This document shows positions 1-10,328 of a stretch of 50,803 nt of DNA, piece by piece. Numbering within the stretch: the first letter of the stretch is position 1; each line of letters starts with the position of its first letter. The position numbers were made by a program, and so were the translations under genes. The stretch is from Mycobacteriales bacterium (GTDB lineage: Bacteria; Actinomycetota; Actinomycetes; Mycobacteriales; SCTD01). The notes under the pieces were generated by a model. The model did no database searches, was not told the DNA's origin, and worked only from the letters and a program-made list of their open reading frames with translations. The stretch spans positions 1 to 50,803 of the forward strand of contig JBHENF010000256.1 of NCBI GenBank assembly GCA_046262175.1, written 5' to 3'.

Positions 1-940
1 CGCCCTTGTCCTGCAGGCCTTCCCACAGCCGCTCGAAGACGGCGACCTCGTGCTGCTCGAGCCGCTCCGCGCCGTCCGTGACCTGCTCGCGGCGGCTGCC
101 GCCGCTGCCCTGCGCGGCGATCCAGTCGACCGCGGCACTGACCCCGGCGAGCTGCGCGAAGCCCGGCGTGCCGAGCTCGAACCGGTCCGGCACGTCCTCG
201 GTGCTGGGCAGCAGCTTGTCCGGGTGCAGCGTCTCGAGCAGCGCCGGATCGGCCACGGTGACGCCCACGTGCGGGCCGTACCACTTGTACGCCGAGCAGG
301 CGTAGAAGTCGGCACCCAGCGCCGCGACGTCCACCGCTCCGTGCGCGGTCGCGTGCACGCCGTCCACGTGCACGAGCGCCCCGACCGCGTGCGCCCGATC
401 GGCGATGGCGCGGACGTCGGGGCGGGTGCCGGTGGCGTTGCTCGCGGCTGTGACGGCGACGAGCCGGGTGCGCTCGGTCAGCAGCTCGTCGTACTGCTCG
501 GCCGGCAGCTCGCAGGTGACCGGATCGATGTCCGCCCACACCAGCGTGGCGCCGGCAGCGGCTGCGGCGTGCACCCACGGCCGGACGTTGGCGTCGTGGT
601 CCAGCCGGCTCACGACGACCTCGTCGCCCGCCGACCACGTCTTCGCGAGCGCTCGGGCGAGCACGTACGTGTTGGCCGTCATCGACTGACCGAAGAACAC
701 GCCTCGGGGGTCGACGCCGAGCAGGTCGCCGGCGGCGGCGCGGGCCTCGTCCACGATGCGGTCCGCCCGCGCGCTGCTGGCGAAGTCGCCGTGCCGGTTG
801 GAGACGGCGCTGCGCATCGCGTCCGCCACCGCGTCCGCGACGAACGCCGGCACCTGCGTGCCACCCGGCCCGTCGAAGTGCGCGATCCCCTCCTTCAGCG
901 CGGGGAACTGCGCGCGGACAGCGTTCACGTCGTACGGCAT
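1..940 (-). CDS. Class V aminotransferase-fold PLP enzyme, cysteine desulfurase-like (SufS-like subfamily). The 3' end runs off the window.
   Basis: Absent from the ORF track because there is no stop in the window. The reverse complement from ATG (comp. 938-940) reads MPYDVNAVRAQFPALKEGIAHFDGPGGTQVP...ACSAYKWYGPHVG, which contains the PLP-lysine S-x-Y-K type motif. The gene is divergent from bpa, as Rv3778c is from Rv3780 in M. tuberculosis. Confidence 0.8.
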   Translation of the reverse strand, partial: MPYDVNAVRAQFPALKEGIAHFDGPGGTQVPAFVADAVADAMRSAVSNRHGDFASSARADRIVDEARAAAGDLLGVDPRGVFFGQSMTANTYVLARALAKTWSAGDEVVVSRLDHDANVRPWVHAAAAAGATLVWADIDPVTCELPAEQYDELLTERTRLVAVTAASNATGTRPDVRAIADRAHAVGALVHVDGVHATAHGAVDVAALGADFYACSAYKWYGPHVGVTVADPALLETLHPDKLLPSTEDVPDRFELGTPGFAQLAGVSAAVDWIAAQGSGGSRREQVTDGAERLEQHEVAVFERLWEGLQDKG

Positions 941-995
941 CGGACCAGCCTGCCGCACGAGGTGCAGGACGACGGCGCTGGGGCAGGATCGGGAG

Positions 996-1538
996 ATGAC
1001 CGAGCCCTCGCCTCAGCAGGAGACCGCCCACACCGTGACGATCGTCGGCCCCGACGGACAGCCGATGGGCGAGATGCAGGTGCCCGCGGCGGACGGTACG
1101 GAGGAGCGCAACCCGGCGGAGATGGTGGAGCAGCCCGCCAAGGTGATGCGGATCGGGTCGATGGTCAAGCAGCTGCTGGAGGAGGTCCGGGCGGCGCCGC
1201 TGGACGACAGCGCCCGCACCCGGCTGCGCGAGATCTACGAGAGCTCGGTGAAGGAGCTGGGCGAGGGCCTGGCTCCTGAGCTGCGCGCGGAGCTCAGCCG
1301 GGTGACGTCGCCCTTCGCCACCGACGCGGTGCCCACCGACGCCGAGCTGCGCATCGCGCAGGCGCAGCTGGTCGGCTGGCTCGAGGGGCTGTTCCACGGG
1401 ATCCAGACCGCGCTGTTCGCCCAGCAGATGGCGGCTCGGGTGCAGCTCGAGCAGATCCGCGGCGGCCAGCCCGCGCTGCCGCCAGGGATGCCGCAGCCGC
1501 CGTCCGCCGCTCCCGGCGGCACCGGCCAGTACCTCTAG
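996..1538 (+). CDS. bpa: Bacterial proteasome activator Bpa/PafE
   Basis: ORF 756..1538 trimmed to ATG 996 (MTEPSPQQ...). It has the blocks VEQPAKVMRIGSMVKQLLEEVRAAPLD and DAELRIAQAQLVGWLEGLFHGIQTALFAQQMAAR. It ends in the C-terminal GQYL 20S-docking motif typical of Rv3780-type Bpa. Confidence 0.9.
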   Translation: MTEPSPQQETAHTVTIVGPDGQPMGEMQVPAADGTEERNPAEMVEQPAKVMRIGSMVKQLLEEVRAAPLDDSARTRLREIYESSVKELGEGLAPELRAELSRVTSPFATDAVPTDAELRIAQAQLVGWLEGLFHGIQTALFAQQMAARVQLEQIRGGQPALPPGMPQPPSAAPGGTGQYL

Positions 1539-2326
1539 AACCAGCGGTCGAGGACCTGCGCCACGCCGTCCTCGTCGTTGCTGCCCGTCGCCTCGTCCGC
1601 CACCGCAAGCACCTCGGGGTGCGCGTTCGCGACAGCGACGCCCAGCCCCGCCCACGCCAGCATCGGCAGGTCGTTGGGCATGTCGCCGAAGGCCACCACG
1701 TCGGCCGCAGAGATCCCGCGCTCCTCGGCCAGCTGCGCCAGCCCCGACGCCTTGCTGACGCCGGTCGCGCTGATCTCCAGCAGCCCGTCGGCGGACGAGT
1801 GCGTCAACGTCCCGAGCCCGCCGACGGAGCGGTGCGCGGCCGCGAGCAGCGTGTCCGCGTCCATGTCCTGGTGCCGGGCGAGCAGCTTCACGACGCCGCC
1901 CGCCACGAGCGTCTCGACCTCGCGCACGTCCTTGGGGTCGCTGCTGTCCCACCGCGGCACGTACGACGGCTCGTGCGCGAACCCGCTCTCGTGGTGCTCC
2001 ACCGCGAACGCGATCCCCGGCACGTCGCGGCGCAGCGCCTCGACCACCTCGGCTGCCGCATCGGCCGTCATCGACGAGTGCCGGACGACCGACATCGTGT
2101 GGAGGTCGTAGACGACCGCGCCGTTCGCGCAGATGGCCAAGCCCTTGTGCCCCAGGCGTTCCACGATCGGCGGCATCCACCGCGGCGGGCGTCCGGTCAC
2201 GAGGACGAGCACCGCGCCGGCAGCCTCGACCCGCGCCAGTGCGTCCACCGTCCGGTCGCTGATCGTGCCGTCGCTCCGGACGATGGTGCCGTCCAGGTCG
2301 GTGGCGACCAGACGCGGCGCGGTCAT
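1535..2326 (-). CDS. HAD-superfamily hydrolase, Cof-type (subfamily IIB) phosphatase
   Basis: ORF 1535..2581 trimmed to ATG comp. 2324-2326 ([16 protein letters not shown]...). HAD motif I is DLDGT and motif IV is GDMPND. The start sits in an ATGA overlap with the serS stop. Confidence 0.85.
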   Translation of the reverse strand: MTAPRLVATDLDGTIVRSDGTISDRTVDALARVEAAGAVLVLVTGRPPRWMPPIVERLGHKGLAICANGAVVYDLHTMSVVRHSSMTADAAAEVVEALRRDVPGIAFAVEHHESGFAHEPSYVPRWDSSDPKDVREVETLVAGGVVKLLARHQDMDADTLLAAAHRSVGGLGTLTHSSADGLLEISATGVSKASGLAQLAEERGISAADVVAFGDMPNDLPMLAWAGLGVAVANAHPEVLAVADEATGSNDEDGVAQVLDRWF

Positions 2327-3576
2327 GCCGGCTTGAGCTCGGACACCCCGCCGAGGTACGGGCGCAGGGCGAGCGGCACGTGCACCGACCCGTCCGCGCG
2401 CTGGTGCACCTCGAGCAGCACGGCGATGGTCCGGCCGACCGCGCACAGCGTGCCGTTCAAGGTCGCCGCCGGCTCCGGACCCTTCTCGCCGCGGATGCGG
2501 ATACCGAGCCGCCGCGCCTGGAAGTCGGTGCAGTTGCTCGTCGACGTCAGCTCCAGCCACCGCTCCTGCGACGGCAGCCACGCCTCGCAGTCGAACTTGC
2601 GCGCGGCACTCGACCCGAGGTCGCCGGCCGCCACGTCGATGACGCGGAACGGCAGCTCGAGCGCGGTGAGGAACTCCTTCTCCCAGCCGAGCAGCCGCTG
2701 GTGCTCCGCGACAGCCTCGTCGCGGCTGACGTACGAGAACATCTCGACCTTGTCGAACTGGTGCACGCGGATGATGCCGCGGGTGTCCTTGCCGTGGCTG
2801 CCCGCCTCACGCCGGAAGCAGGACGAGAACCCGGCGTAGCGGCGCGGCACCGTCTCGAGCACCTCGCCCGAGTGGTACGCCGCGAGCGGCACCTCGGAGG
2901 TCCCGACCAGGTAGAGGTCGTCGTTCTCCAGCTTGTAGACCTCGGCGGCGTGGGCGCCCAGGAAGCCGGTCCCCTCCATCGCCTCCGGTCGCACCAGCGC
3001 CGGAGCGATCATCGGCGTGAAGCCGTGGTCGGTCGCGTACGACATCGCGAGGTTGACCAGGGCCAGCTCGAGCAGTGCGCCGGGCCCGGTGAGGAACGCG
3101 AAGCGGCTGCCGCTGACCTTCGCGCCGCGCTCGGTGTCGATCGCGCCGAGCAGCGTGCCGACGTCGAGGTGGTCGCGCACCGGGAAGTCGTACGTCGGGA
3201 CCTGCCCGACCTGCTCGATCACGACGAAGTCGGCCTCGCCACCGGGCGGCGCGTCGAGCACCACGTTGGGCACCGCGAGCTGCGCCGTCTTGAGCCCGGC
3301 CTCGGCGTCGGCCTGCGCCGCTTCGGCCTCTTTCACCTGCGCCGCAAGCGCTTTGGCGCGTTCGAGGACCGCGGGGCGGTCGTCAGGCGAGGCGCTGCGG
3401 ACGGATGCGCTGACCGTCTTCTGCTCCGCGCGCAAGTCGTCCGCGCGTGACACGGCACCGCGCCGCGACTCGTCCGCCGCCAGCAGCGCGTCGACCAGCG
3501 CGGGGTCCTCGCCGCGCGCCCGCTGGGACTCCCGCAACCGCTCCGGATCGTCGCGCAGCAGCTTGAGGTCGATCAC
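2323..3576 (-). CDS. serS: Seryl-tRNA synthetase
   Basis: 417-aa ORF with a GTG start. The N-terminal coiled-coil arm reads (M)[21 protein letters not shown]. Class II core motifs are present ([40 protein letters not shown]). Confidence 0.95.
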   Translation of the reverse strand: MIDLKLLRDDPERLRESQRARGEDPALVDALLAADESRRGAVSRADDLRAEQKTVSASVRSASPDDRPAVLERAKALAAQVKEAEAAQADAEAGLKTAQLAVPNVVLDAPPGGEADFVVIEQVGQVPTYDFPVRDHLDVGTLLGAIDTERGAKVSGSRFAFLTGPGALLELALVNLAMSYATDHGFTPMIAPALVRPEAMEGTGFLGAHAAEVYKLENDDLYLVGTSEVPLAAYHSGEVLETVPRRYAGFSSCFRREAGSHGKDTRGIIRVHQFDKVEMFSYVSRDEAVAEHQRLLGWEKEFLTALELPFRVIDVAAGDLGSSAARKFDCEAWLPSQERWLELTSTSNCTDFQARRLGIRIRGEKGPEPAATLNGTLCAVGRTIAVLLEVHQRADGSVHVPLALRPYLGGVSELKPA

Positions 3577-3626
3577 GAGCCGAGGCTACCGGGGGCCTAC
3601 GAGCCCTTTCCGACTAGCGTTCGCAG

Positions 3627-4490
3627 GTGCTCGACCGCCTCCCCTCGCCGCTGCTCGTCCTGGTCGCCATCGCGTCCGTGCAGTGCGGCAGCGCCGTCGC
3701 GCGCGGGCTGTTCGACGACCTCGGCGCCGCCGGCGTGACGCTGCTGCGGCTGGCCCTGTCCGCGCTGCTCCTGCTCGTCCTGCTCCGCCCGCGGGTGCGG
3801 TCGTGGGCCCGCCGGGAGTGGCGGGCCGCACTGCTGCTCGGCGTCGCGATGGCCGGCATGAACCTCGTCTTCTACCTCGCCCTGCGAACGGTGCCGCTGG
3901 GGGTCGCCGTGACGGTGGAGTTCGTCGGTCCGCTCCTGCTCGCGCTGGCGCAGACCAGACGGCTCGTGGACCTGCTGTGGGCGGTCCTCGCGGCGAGCGG
4001 CGTCGTCCTGCTCGGCGCCGATACGTCCGGCGACATCCCGCTGACCGGCCTGCTCCTGGCGCTCATCGCCGGCCTGTTCTGGGCTGCGTACATCCTCGCC
4101 AGCGCGCATGTCGGCCAGGTGCTGCCCGGCGTCGAGGGGCTGGCCGTGGCGCTCGCCGTCGCCGCCGTGCTCGTCCTGCCGTTCGGCGCGTCCGGAGCCG
4201 GGGAGGTGCTGCACCGGCCGGTGCTGCTGCTGCCCGCGGCCGCTGTCGCGCTGCTGTCGAGCGTCCTGTCGTACGGCCTCGAGCTGTCCGCACTGCGCCG
4301 CATCCCGACCCAGGTCTTCGGCATCCTGATGTCGCTGGAGCCGGCGGCGGCCGCGGTCGCCGGGCTGCTCGTCCTGGACCAGGCGCTGGGCAGCCGCGAG
4401 GTGGTCGCGCTGGTGCTCGTCAGCCTCGCCAGCGCCGGCGTGACGCTGGCTCGCCGAGGCGACGCCGTCCCGGTCCAGCCGCTCGAGTGA
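3627..4490 (+). CDS. EamA/RhaT-family (DMT superfamily) transporter, RhtA-like exporter
   Basis: 287-aa ORF that is hydrophobic throughout, with about 10 predicted TM segments and two EamA-like halves. GTG 3627 is the first possible start after an in-frame TAG. Confidence 0.8.
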   Translation: MLDRLPSPLLVLVAIASVQCGSAVARGLFDDLGAAGVTLLRLALSALLLLVLLRPRVRSWARREWRAALLLGVAMAGMNLVFYLALRTVPLGVAVTVEFVGPLLLALAQTRRLVDLLWAVLAASGVVLLGADTSGDIPLTGLLLALIAGLFWAAYILASAHVGQVLPGVEGLAVALAVAAVLVLPFGASGAGEVLHRPVLLLPAAAVALLSSVLSYGLELSALRRIPTQVFGILMSLEPAAAAVAGLLVLDQALGSREVVALVLVSLASAGVTLARRGDAVPVQPLE

Positions 4491-4493
4491 GGC

Positions 4494-5285
4494 TCAGACG
4501 GGCGGCCCGCCGGCGGTGACGCCGCGCACCTCGTCGAGCGTGATGCCGTACGGGCTGAAGGACGTCAGCCACCAGGTGGCGCCGGCCTCTGCCCAGCCAG
4601 CGGTGTCCGTGCCGGCGGGGTGCGCGATCACGACGTCGTAGCCGGGCCGGTCGACACCCACGGCTGCGACGACCTCGGCGAGCTGGGCGGGCTCGGTCAC
4701 CTGGATGGGGAAGACGCCGTCGTGCCGCGCGGCCCGGCGCAGCGGCTTGGCGTTCCCGTACCGCGCGGCGACCCACACCGGCGGCCCCGGCCGCTGCACG
4801 GGCGTGGGCGAGAACGTGAGCCCGTCCAGCCGGTAGTGCTCGCCGCGGTGGCGGACCGGCTCGCCGGACCAGGCCTGCCGCAGGATCTCGAGCTGCTCGT
4901 CGAGCATGGCGCCGCGGACCTTCGCGTCCAGCTCCTCGCCCGTGCCGCTGAGCTCGCTCGCCCCGTCGTCGCCGGTGCCGACGCCCAGGACGAACCGTCC
5001 TTGTGAGAGGCGGTCGAGCGCGGTCGTCTGCCGCGCGACGATGGCCGGCCGGCGCCGGGCGAGCGGCGTCACCATCGGCCCGGTGAGCAGCCGCTCGGTG
5101 GCGCAGGCGACAGCCGCCATCGTGATCCAGGGGTCGCCGATGCCGACGACGGGCTCGCGGTACTGCAGGTGGTCCCAGACGAACAGCCCGTCCCAGCCGG
5201 CCTCCTCCGCCTGCGCGGCGACCCGCGCGACGACCGCCGGCTCGGCCAGCTCGTCGAAGATCGGCAGGAACAGCGCGGTCCTCAT
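4494..5285 (-). CDS. Luciferase-like monooxygenase (LLM class) / F420-dependent oxidoreductase
   Basis: This is the C-terminal 263 codons of the spurious 978-aa ORF 4494..7430. It starts at ATG comp. 5283-5285 (MRTALFLPIFDELAEPAVVARVAAQAEEAGWDGLFVWDHL...GRFVLGVGTG), which is typical of the LLM fold. Confidence 0.8.
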   Translation of the reverse strand: MRTALFLPIFDELAEPAVVARVAAQAEEAGWDGLFVWDHLQYREPVVGIGDPWITMAAVACATERLLTGPMVTPLARRRPAIVARQTTALDRLSQGRFVLGVGTGDDGASELSGTGEELDAKVRGAMLDEQLEILRQAWSGEPVRHRGEHYRLDGLTFSPTPVQRPGPPVWVAARYGNAKPLRRAARHDGVFPIQVTEPAQLAEVVAAVGVDRPGYDVVIAHPAGTDTAGWAEAGATWWLTSFSPYGITLDEVRGVTAGGPPV

Positions 5286-5387
5286 GCGCCGGACGCTAGC
5301 CGGACTGACCCGGCCCCGCGCCGTCCTGTGGGCCGGACCGGGGCCGGTGCCCGTGGCCTGCGTCGCGACCACTGTCCTCGCCACGCG

Positions 5388-5433
5388 GTTGCCGGAGTGG
5401 CAACTTCTGGCCGGATCTTGCCGGAGTGGCAAC
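5388..5433. repeat. 46-bp bipartite palindromic element, copy C (GTTGCCGGAGTGGCAAC-N12-CTTGCCGGAGTGGCAAC)
   Basis: Two TTGCC-N5-GGCAA palindromes start 29 bp apart. The architecture is the same as at 19342-19387, 19454-19499 and 34907-34952. Confidence 0.85.
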
Positions 5434-5453
5434 ACAGCGGCGCACCTGCACCG

Positions 5454-5506
5454 CGCCGGCCGGGGTCGGTCAGCGCGGAGGCCCGCCGGCCGGGGTCGGT
5501 CAGCGC
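5454..5506. repeat. Perfect 23-bp direct repeat x2 (CGCCGGCCGGGGTCGGTCAGCGC) with a 30-bp period
   Basis: Read directly: 5454-5476 and 5484-5506 are identical. A degenerate third unit overlaps the pheA stop (GGCCGGTCAGCCGC, 5522-5535). Confidence 0.8.
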
Positions 5507-5527
5507 CCCGGCCCCGCCCGCGGCCGG

Positions 5528-6448
5528 TCAGCCGCGCAGCCGGTCCAGCCACGCCGCGGCCGCGCGGAAGTCGTCGTCGGCGGTGCCCGGCGCCACGACG
5601 GGGGCCACACCGTCGGCGCGCGGATAGGACCCCAAGAACCGCACGTCCGCGCACACCCGCCGCAGCGCCGACAGCGCCTCCCCGACCCGCGCGTCCGCGA
5701 CGTGGCCCTCGCAGTCGGCCGAGAAGCAGTACGACCCGAGACCGCGGCCCGTGGGCCGCGACTCGATCCGCGTCAGGTTGACGCCGCGTACGGCGAACTC
5801 GGTCAGCAGCTGCAGCAGCGCCCCCGGGTGGTCCTCGGCGATGAACGCCACGACCGTCGTCCGGTCCATGCCGCTGGGCGCAGAGGGGCGGCCCGGCCGC
5901 GCGACCAGCACGAACCGCGTCACCGCCCCCTCGGTGTCGTGCACGTCGTTCGCCAGCACCTGCAGCCCGTAGTGCTCCGCCGCGACGGGTGCACTGATCG
6001 CCGCGTCGTAGACGCCGTCGCGGACCGAGCGGGCGGCGTCGGCCGTCGACGGCGAGAGGACGACGGACGCAGCAGGCAGCACGTCCGCCAGCCAGCGCCG
6101 GCACTGCGCCTCGGCGTGCGGGTGCGTGGCGACGGTCCGCACGTCCTCGCGCACGGTTCCGGGCCGTCCCAGCAGCGCGAAGGACACCGGCAGCAGCACC
6201 TCGCGGGTGATCTGCAGCGGCTCGCCCGTCGCGAGGTCGTCGAGCGCGGCCGGGACCGAGCCCTCGACCGAGTTCTCGAAGGGGATGAGCGCCGCCTCGA
6301 CGTCGCCCTCCCGTACGCCGTCCAGCGCCGCAGCCACCGACGCGAACGGCACGAGCTCGCCGCGGCCGCGGATCGTCCTCAGCGCAGCCTCGGTGAACGT
6401 GCCGGCCGGGCCGAGGTAGCCGTAGCGGCCGGGCGGGACCCCCGGCAT
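5528..6448 (-). CDS. pheA: Prephenate dehydratase
   Basis: 306-aa ORF. The PDT domain shows YLGPAGTFTEAA and AVTRFVLV. The C-terminal ACT domain shows LTRIESRPT. The start overlaps the stop of the upstream DUF4446 gene. Confidence 0.9.
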   Translation of the reverse strand: MPGVPPGRYGYLGPAGTFTEAALRTIRGRGELVPFASVAAALDGVREGDVEAALIPFENSVEGSVPAALDDLATGEPLQITREVLLPVSFALLGRPGTVREDVRTVATHPHAEAQCRRWLADVLPAASVVLSPSTADAARSVRDGVYDAAISAPVAAEHYGLQVLANDVHDTEGAVTRFVLVARPGRPSAPSGMDRTTVVAFIAEDHPGALLQLLTEFAVRGVNLTRIESRPTGRGLGSYCFSADCEGHVADARVGEALSALRRVCADVRFLGSYPRADGVAPVVAPGTADDDFRAAAAWLDRLRG

Positions 6449-6930
6449 CAGCGGCTGCCCGACGTCGCCCGGCTGATGGCCTCCTGCTCCTCGGGCGACA
6501 TGGTGTGGTCGCTCGAGCCGGCCTGGACGCCCTTGGCGTACGTGCGGGTCTCCGACCGTCCGTTGATCGACGTGAGGACCAGCCCGTCGCCGGCGTCGTC
6601 GAGCAGCGCCGCGGAGAACGACATCCGGCCGCCCATGTCGCCGAACGCGTCGTACCGGACGACCGCGACATGCCGCAGCGCGTCGGACAGGTCGGCGCGC
6701 GCGGCGGACAGGTCGCTCCGCACGGTCGTGAGCTCGGAGCGGACGGCCTCCATCGCGGCGGTCTGGCGGCGCACGGCGCTGACGAAGCTCGCCTGCTCGT
6801 CGCCGCTGACCAGGCTGTTGTACGCGCGGTGCAGCCGGCCGATCCGCACGGCCAGCACCAGGCTGACCAGGACCGCGAGGGCCGCCAGCCCGGCGGCGAC
6901 GACGGCCAGCGCCTGCGGGTCCTGGAGCAC
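6448..6930 (-). CDS. DUF4446-family membrane-anchored protein
   Basis: ORF 6448..7233 trimmed to GTG comp. 6928-6930, just before the single N-terminal TM (ALAVVAAGLAALAVLVSLVLAV). The rest is coiled-coil-like, ending in ...VRYDAFGDMGGRMSFSAALLDD. The start is uncertain. Confidence 0.6.
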   Translation of the reverse strand: MLQDPQALAVVAAGLAALAVLVSLVLAVRIGRLHRAYNSLVSGDEQASFVSAVRRQTAAMEAVRSELTTVRSDLSAARADLSDALRHVAVVRYDAFGDMGGRMSFSAALLDDAGDGLVLTSINGRSETRTYAKGVQAGSSDHTMSPEEQEAISRATSGSR

Positions 6931-6965
6931 GCCCGGAGGGTAGCCCGACCCGTACGCTCGGCGGC

Positions 6966-7699
<734 letters not shown>

Positions 7700-7703
<4 letters not shown>

Positions 7704-8869
7704 TCGGCTGGCTCGACTGCCGGGCCGGCGCCAGCGGCGACATGCTGCTGGGCGCGCTCGTCGACGCCGGCGCGCCCCTCGCGGTCCTGCAGGACGCCGT
7801 CTCCGCAGTCGCCCCCGAACCGATCAGCCTGCGGGCCGAGCAGGTCCAGCGCGGCGGGCTGGGGGCGCTGCGGGTGCACGTGGACGTCGCCGACAGCGCG
7901 ACGACGCGCACGTGGGCGGACGTACAGGCGCTGCTCGGGCACGCCGAGCTCGCGGAGCCTGTACGCGCGACAGCGCTGGCCGTCTTCGCGCGGCTCGCCG
8001 CCGCCGAGGCCGCCGTCCACCGGGTCGCAGCGGACGACGTCCACTTCCACGAGGTCGGCGCCCTCGACGCGCTGGCGGACGTCGTCGGCGCAGCGGCCGG
8101 GCTGCACGCCCTCGGGCTGGAGCGGCTCACCGCCAGCACCGTCAGCCTCGGCGCCGGCAGCACCCGCGGCGCGCACGGCCCACTCCCGGTGCCGGCACCC
8201 GCCGTGCTCGAGCTGCTGCGCGGCAACCCCGTGACCGTCGGCGCCGCCCCGTACGAGATGACGACGCCCACCGGCGCGGCCCTGCTGGCGACGGTCGTCC
8301 AGGAGTGGGGCGAGCTGCCGGCGATGACGATCACGCGTACCGGGATGGGCGCGGGCGGCCGCGACCCGGCCGAGGTGGCCAACGTCCTGCGGCTGGTCGT
8401 CGGCGAGCCCACGGCGGCGCCGAGCACCGCGCTGCTGCTCGAGACCAACGTGGACGACCTCGACCCGAGGCTGTGGCCGGCCGTCCTCCAGCGGCTGCTC
8501 GACGTCGGCGCGAGCGACGCCTGGCTGACGCCGGTCCTCATGAAGAAGGGCCGACCGGCGCACACCCTGTCGGTGCTGTGCACGGACGCCGTCGCCGGCG
8601 CCTGCCGGCGCGTGGTGTTCACGGAGACCTCCACCATCGGGCTGCGCGAGCAGCGGGTGGCCAAGCTGGCGCTGCAGCGGAGCGAGACGGCGGTGGACGT
8701 CGAGGGACACCGGATCCGGGTGAAGGTGGCCGTGCACGAGGGCGTCGTCGTCAACGCCAACCCGGAGTACGAGGACGTCGCCGCTGCCGCCTCGGCGCTC
8801 GGGCGCCCCGTCCGGGACGTGCTGCTCGAGGCTCAGACGCGGACGAAGAAGGCCAGCACCCCGCCCTGA
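7700..8869 (+). CDS. larC: Nickel insertion protein LarC (NPN cofactor nickel chelatase)
   Basis: 389-aa ORF. The N-terminus reads (M)IGWLDCRAGASGDMLLGALVDAG, followed by HFHEVGALDALADVVG. The C-terminal domain reads TNVDDLDPR...MKKGRPAH. Confidence 0.85.
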
Positions 8870-9285
8870 CGCGTCAGCGGAACGGCGACCACGTCGTACG
8901 TCACCAGGTCGTCGTCCGCCGTACGGACGCGGACCAGGCCGCGGGCCAGTCCGCCCGTGGCGAGGGCGCGCAGCGGCGGCAGGGCCCGGTCCTGCTCCGG
9001 GTCGGGCGCGCCGCCGGAGGTGAAGTCCACGGCGCGGATCAGGTCGGCGAACCGGGCGCCGAGCGCCGACGGCGCGAGGCCGAGCGTGGACATGGCCGGC
9101 GGGCTCGCGGCGGACACCCGGCTGCCCCGGTCGAGCAGCAGGCAGCACTCGCCGGAGCTGCGCACCGCCGTCGCCCAGTCGCCGCCCTCCTGGTCCAGGT
9201 GCAGCATCCGCAGCAGCGGCGGCTCGATGCCCGGGTCCTCGAGGCGGTGCAGGGGCAGCAGGAGCCGCGCCCCGACGGTCGTCAT
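8833..9285 (-). CDS. Hypothetical small cytosolic protein, PAS-like fold suspected
   Basis: 150-aa ORF. Its start sits in an ATGA overlap with the stop of the upstream epimerase gene, indicating translational coupling. Its 3' end overlaps the larC 3' end convergently by 37 bp. No diagnostic motif was recognised. Confidence 0.5.
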   Translation of the reverse strand: MTTVGARLLLPLHRLEDPGIEPPLLRMLHLDQEGGDWATAVRSSGECCLLLDRGSRVSAASPPAMSTLGLAPSALGARFADLIRAVDFTSGGAPDPEQDRALPPLRALATGGLARGLVRVRTADDDLVTYDVVAVPLTRQGGVLAFFVRV

Positions 9286-10256
9286 GCCCGCGCCTCAACC
9301 AGCTGGCGCAGCCCGTCGACCAGCGGCCGGCTGCGCCAGCCCAGCTCGGACTCGGCCTTCTTGCCGGTCGCCCAGAAGGTCACACCGTCCGACGAGGTGA
9401 GCACCTCACGCAGGTTCGGCGGGAAGCCCAGCGCCGGGCCGACGAACCGGCCGAACGGCGCCGCGAGCCGGATGAGCAGCGTCGGCAGCTCCACGCGCGG
9501 GGGCCGCCGGCCGGCCGCCTCGCCGAGCCGCCGCACCAGGTCGCGGACCCGCACCGGGTCGCCCGCGAGGACGTACGACTGCCCGGGCACGCCCTCGTCC
9601 AGCGCGAGCAGCACGCCGGCGGCGACGTCGTCGCGGTGCACCGGCGTCACGCCGAGGTCCGGGAACGGCAGGGCGGGCAGCTTGCCGTCGAGGAACTGGT
9701 CGAGCAGCTGCCCGAACGTGCTCGCGTCACCCGCGCCGTAGACCACACCCGGCTGAACGATCACCAGCGGCAATCCTCGCGCGGCGAGCTCGCCGGCGCG
9801 CCGGTGCGCCAGCACCTTGGTCTCCTCGTACACCGACGTGTACGACGGAGGGTCCGGGCGCTGCCACTGCTCGTCGGCCACCTCGCCGCGGGTGTCGCCG
9901 AAGACCGCGACCGTCGAGATGTACACCGCCTTGCGGACGCCCGCCGACAGGGCGGCTCCGAGCACCCGCTCGGTGCCGCCCACGTTCGCGTCGACCATCT
10001 CCGGCCGGCGGCTCTCCGGTACGCCCACCTCGTACAGCGCCGCGCCGTGCACGACCGCGTCGCAGTCCGCGCAAGCCCGGACGAGCGCCTCCTCGTCGGA
10101 CAGGTCGCCGACGAACAGCTCGCAGCCGAGCGCCTCGAGCGACGAGGCCTTCGCCGGGTTCCGCACCAGCGCGCGGACGTCGTCGCCCCGCTCCCGCAGG
10201 AGCCGGGCGACCTCGCCGCCGATGAAACCGGTGCCCCCGGTCAGGAAGATGCGCAT
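9282..10256 (-). CDS. NAD-dependent epimerase/dehydratase (extended SDR)
   Basis: 324-aa ORF with an N-terminal Rossmann motif LTGGTGFIGG and the catalytic Y-x3-K (YEETK). Confidence 0.85.
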   Translation of the reverse strand: MRIFLTGGTGFIGGEVARLLRERGDDVRALVRNPAKASSLEALGCELFVGDLSDEEALVRACADCDAVVHGAALYEVGVPESRRPEMVDANVGGTERVLGAALSAGVRKAVYISTVAVFGDTRGEVADEQWQRPDPPSYTSVYEETKVLAHRRAGELAARGLPLVIVQPGVVYGAGDASTFGQLLDQFLDGKLPALPFPDLGVTPVHRDDVAAGVLLALDEGVPGQSYVLAGDPVRVRDLVRRLGEAAGRRPPRVELPTLLIRLAAPFGRFVGPALGFPPNLREVLTSSDGVTFWATGKKAESELGWRSRPLVDGLRQLVEARA

Positions 10257-10328
10257 GGCGCGGTCACAGTACGGAGGAAAACGTCCGCTGTCGTGACCCG
10301 AGCGTGATCCGGCGTTGCGCCGTTCGGC

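Noticed and set aside
1535-1538. Convergent gene pairs sharing a palindromic CTAG as both stop codons (also at 13547-13550)
   Set aside because: This is a trivial consequence of TAG stops on both strands in a compact genome. No hairpin or other signal is associated with it.
3577-3626. T-box or other leader upstream of serS, and similarly an attenuator upstream of pheA
   Set aside because: The serS upstream spacer is only 50 bp and is shared with a divergent gene. pheA is translationally coupled to the upstream gene. Neither leaves room for a riboswitch or attenuator.
10260-10298. Imperfect hairpin CGGTCAC…GTGACCG between the SDR and epimerase genes
   Set aside because: The outer stem is only 7 bp and the interior is poorly paired, with no U-tract. 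It cannot be distinguished from chance GC-rich complementarity.
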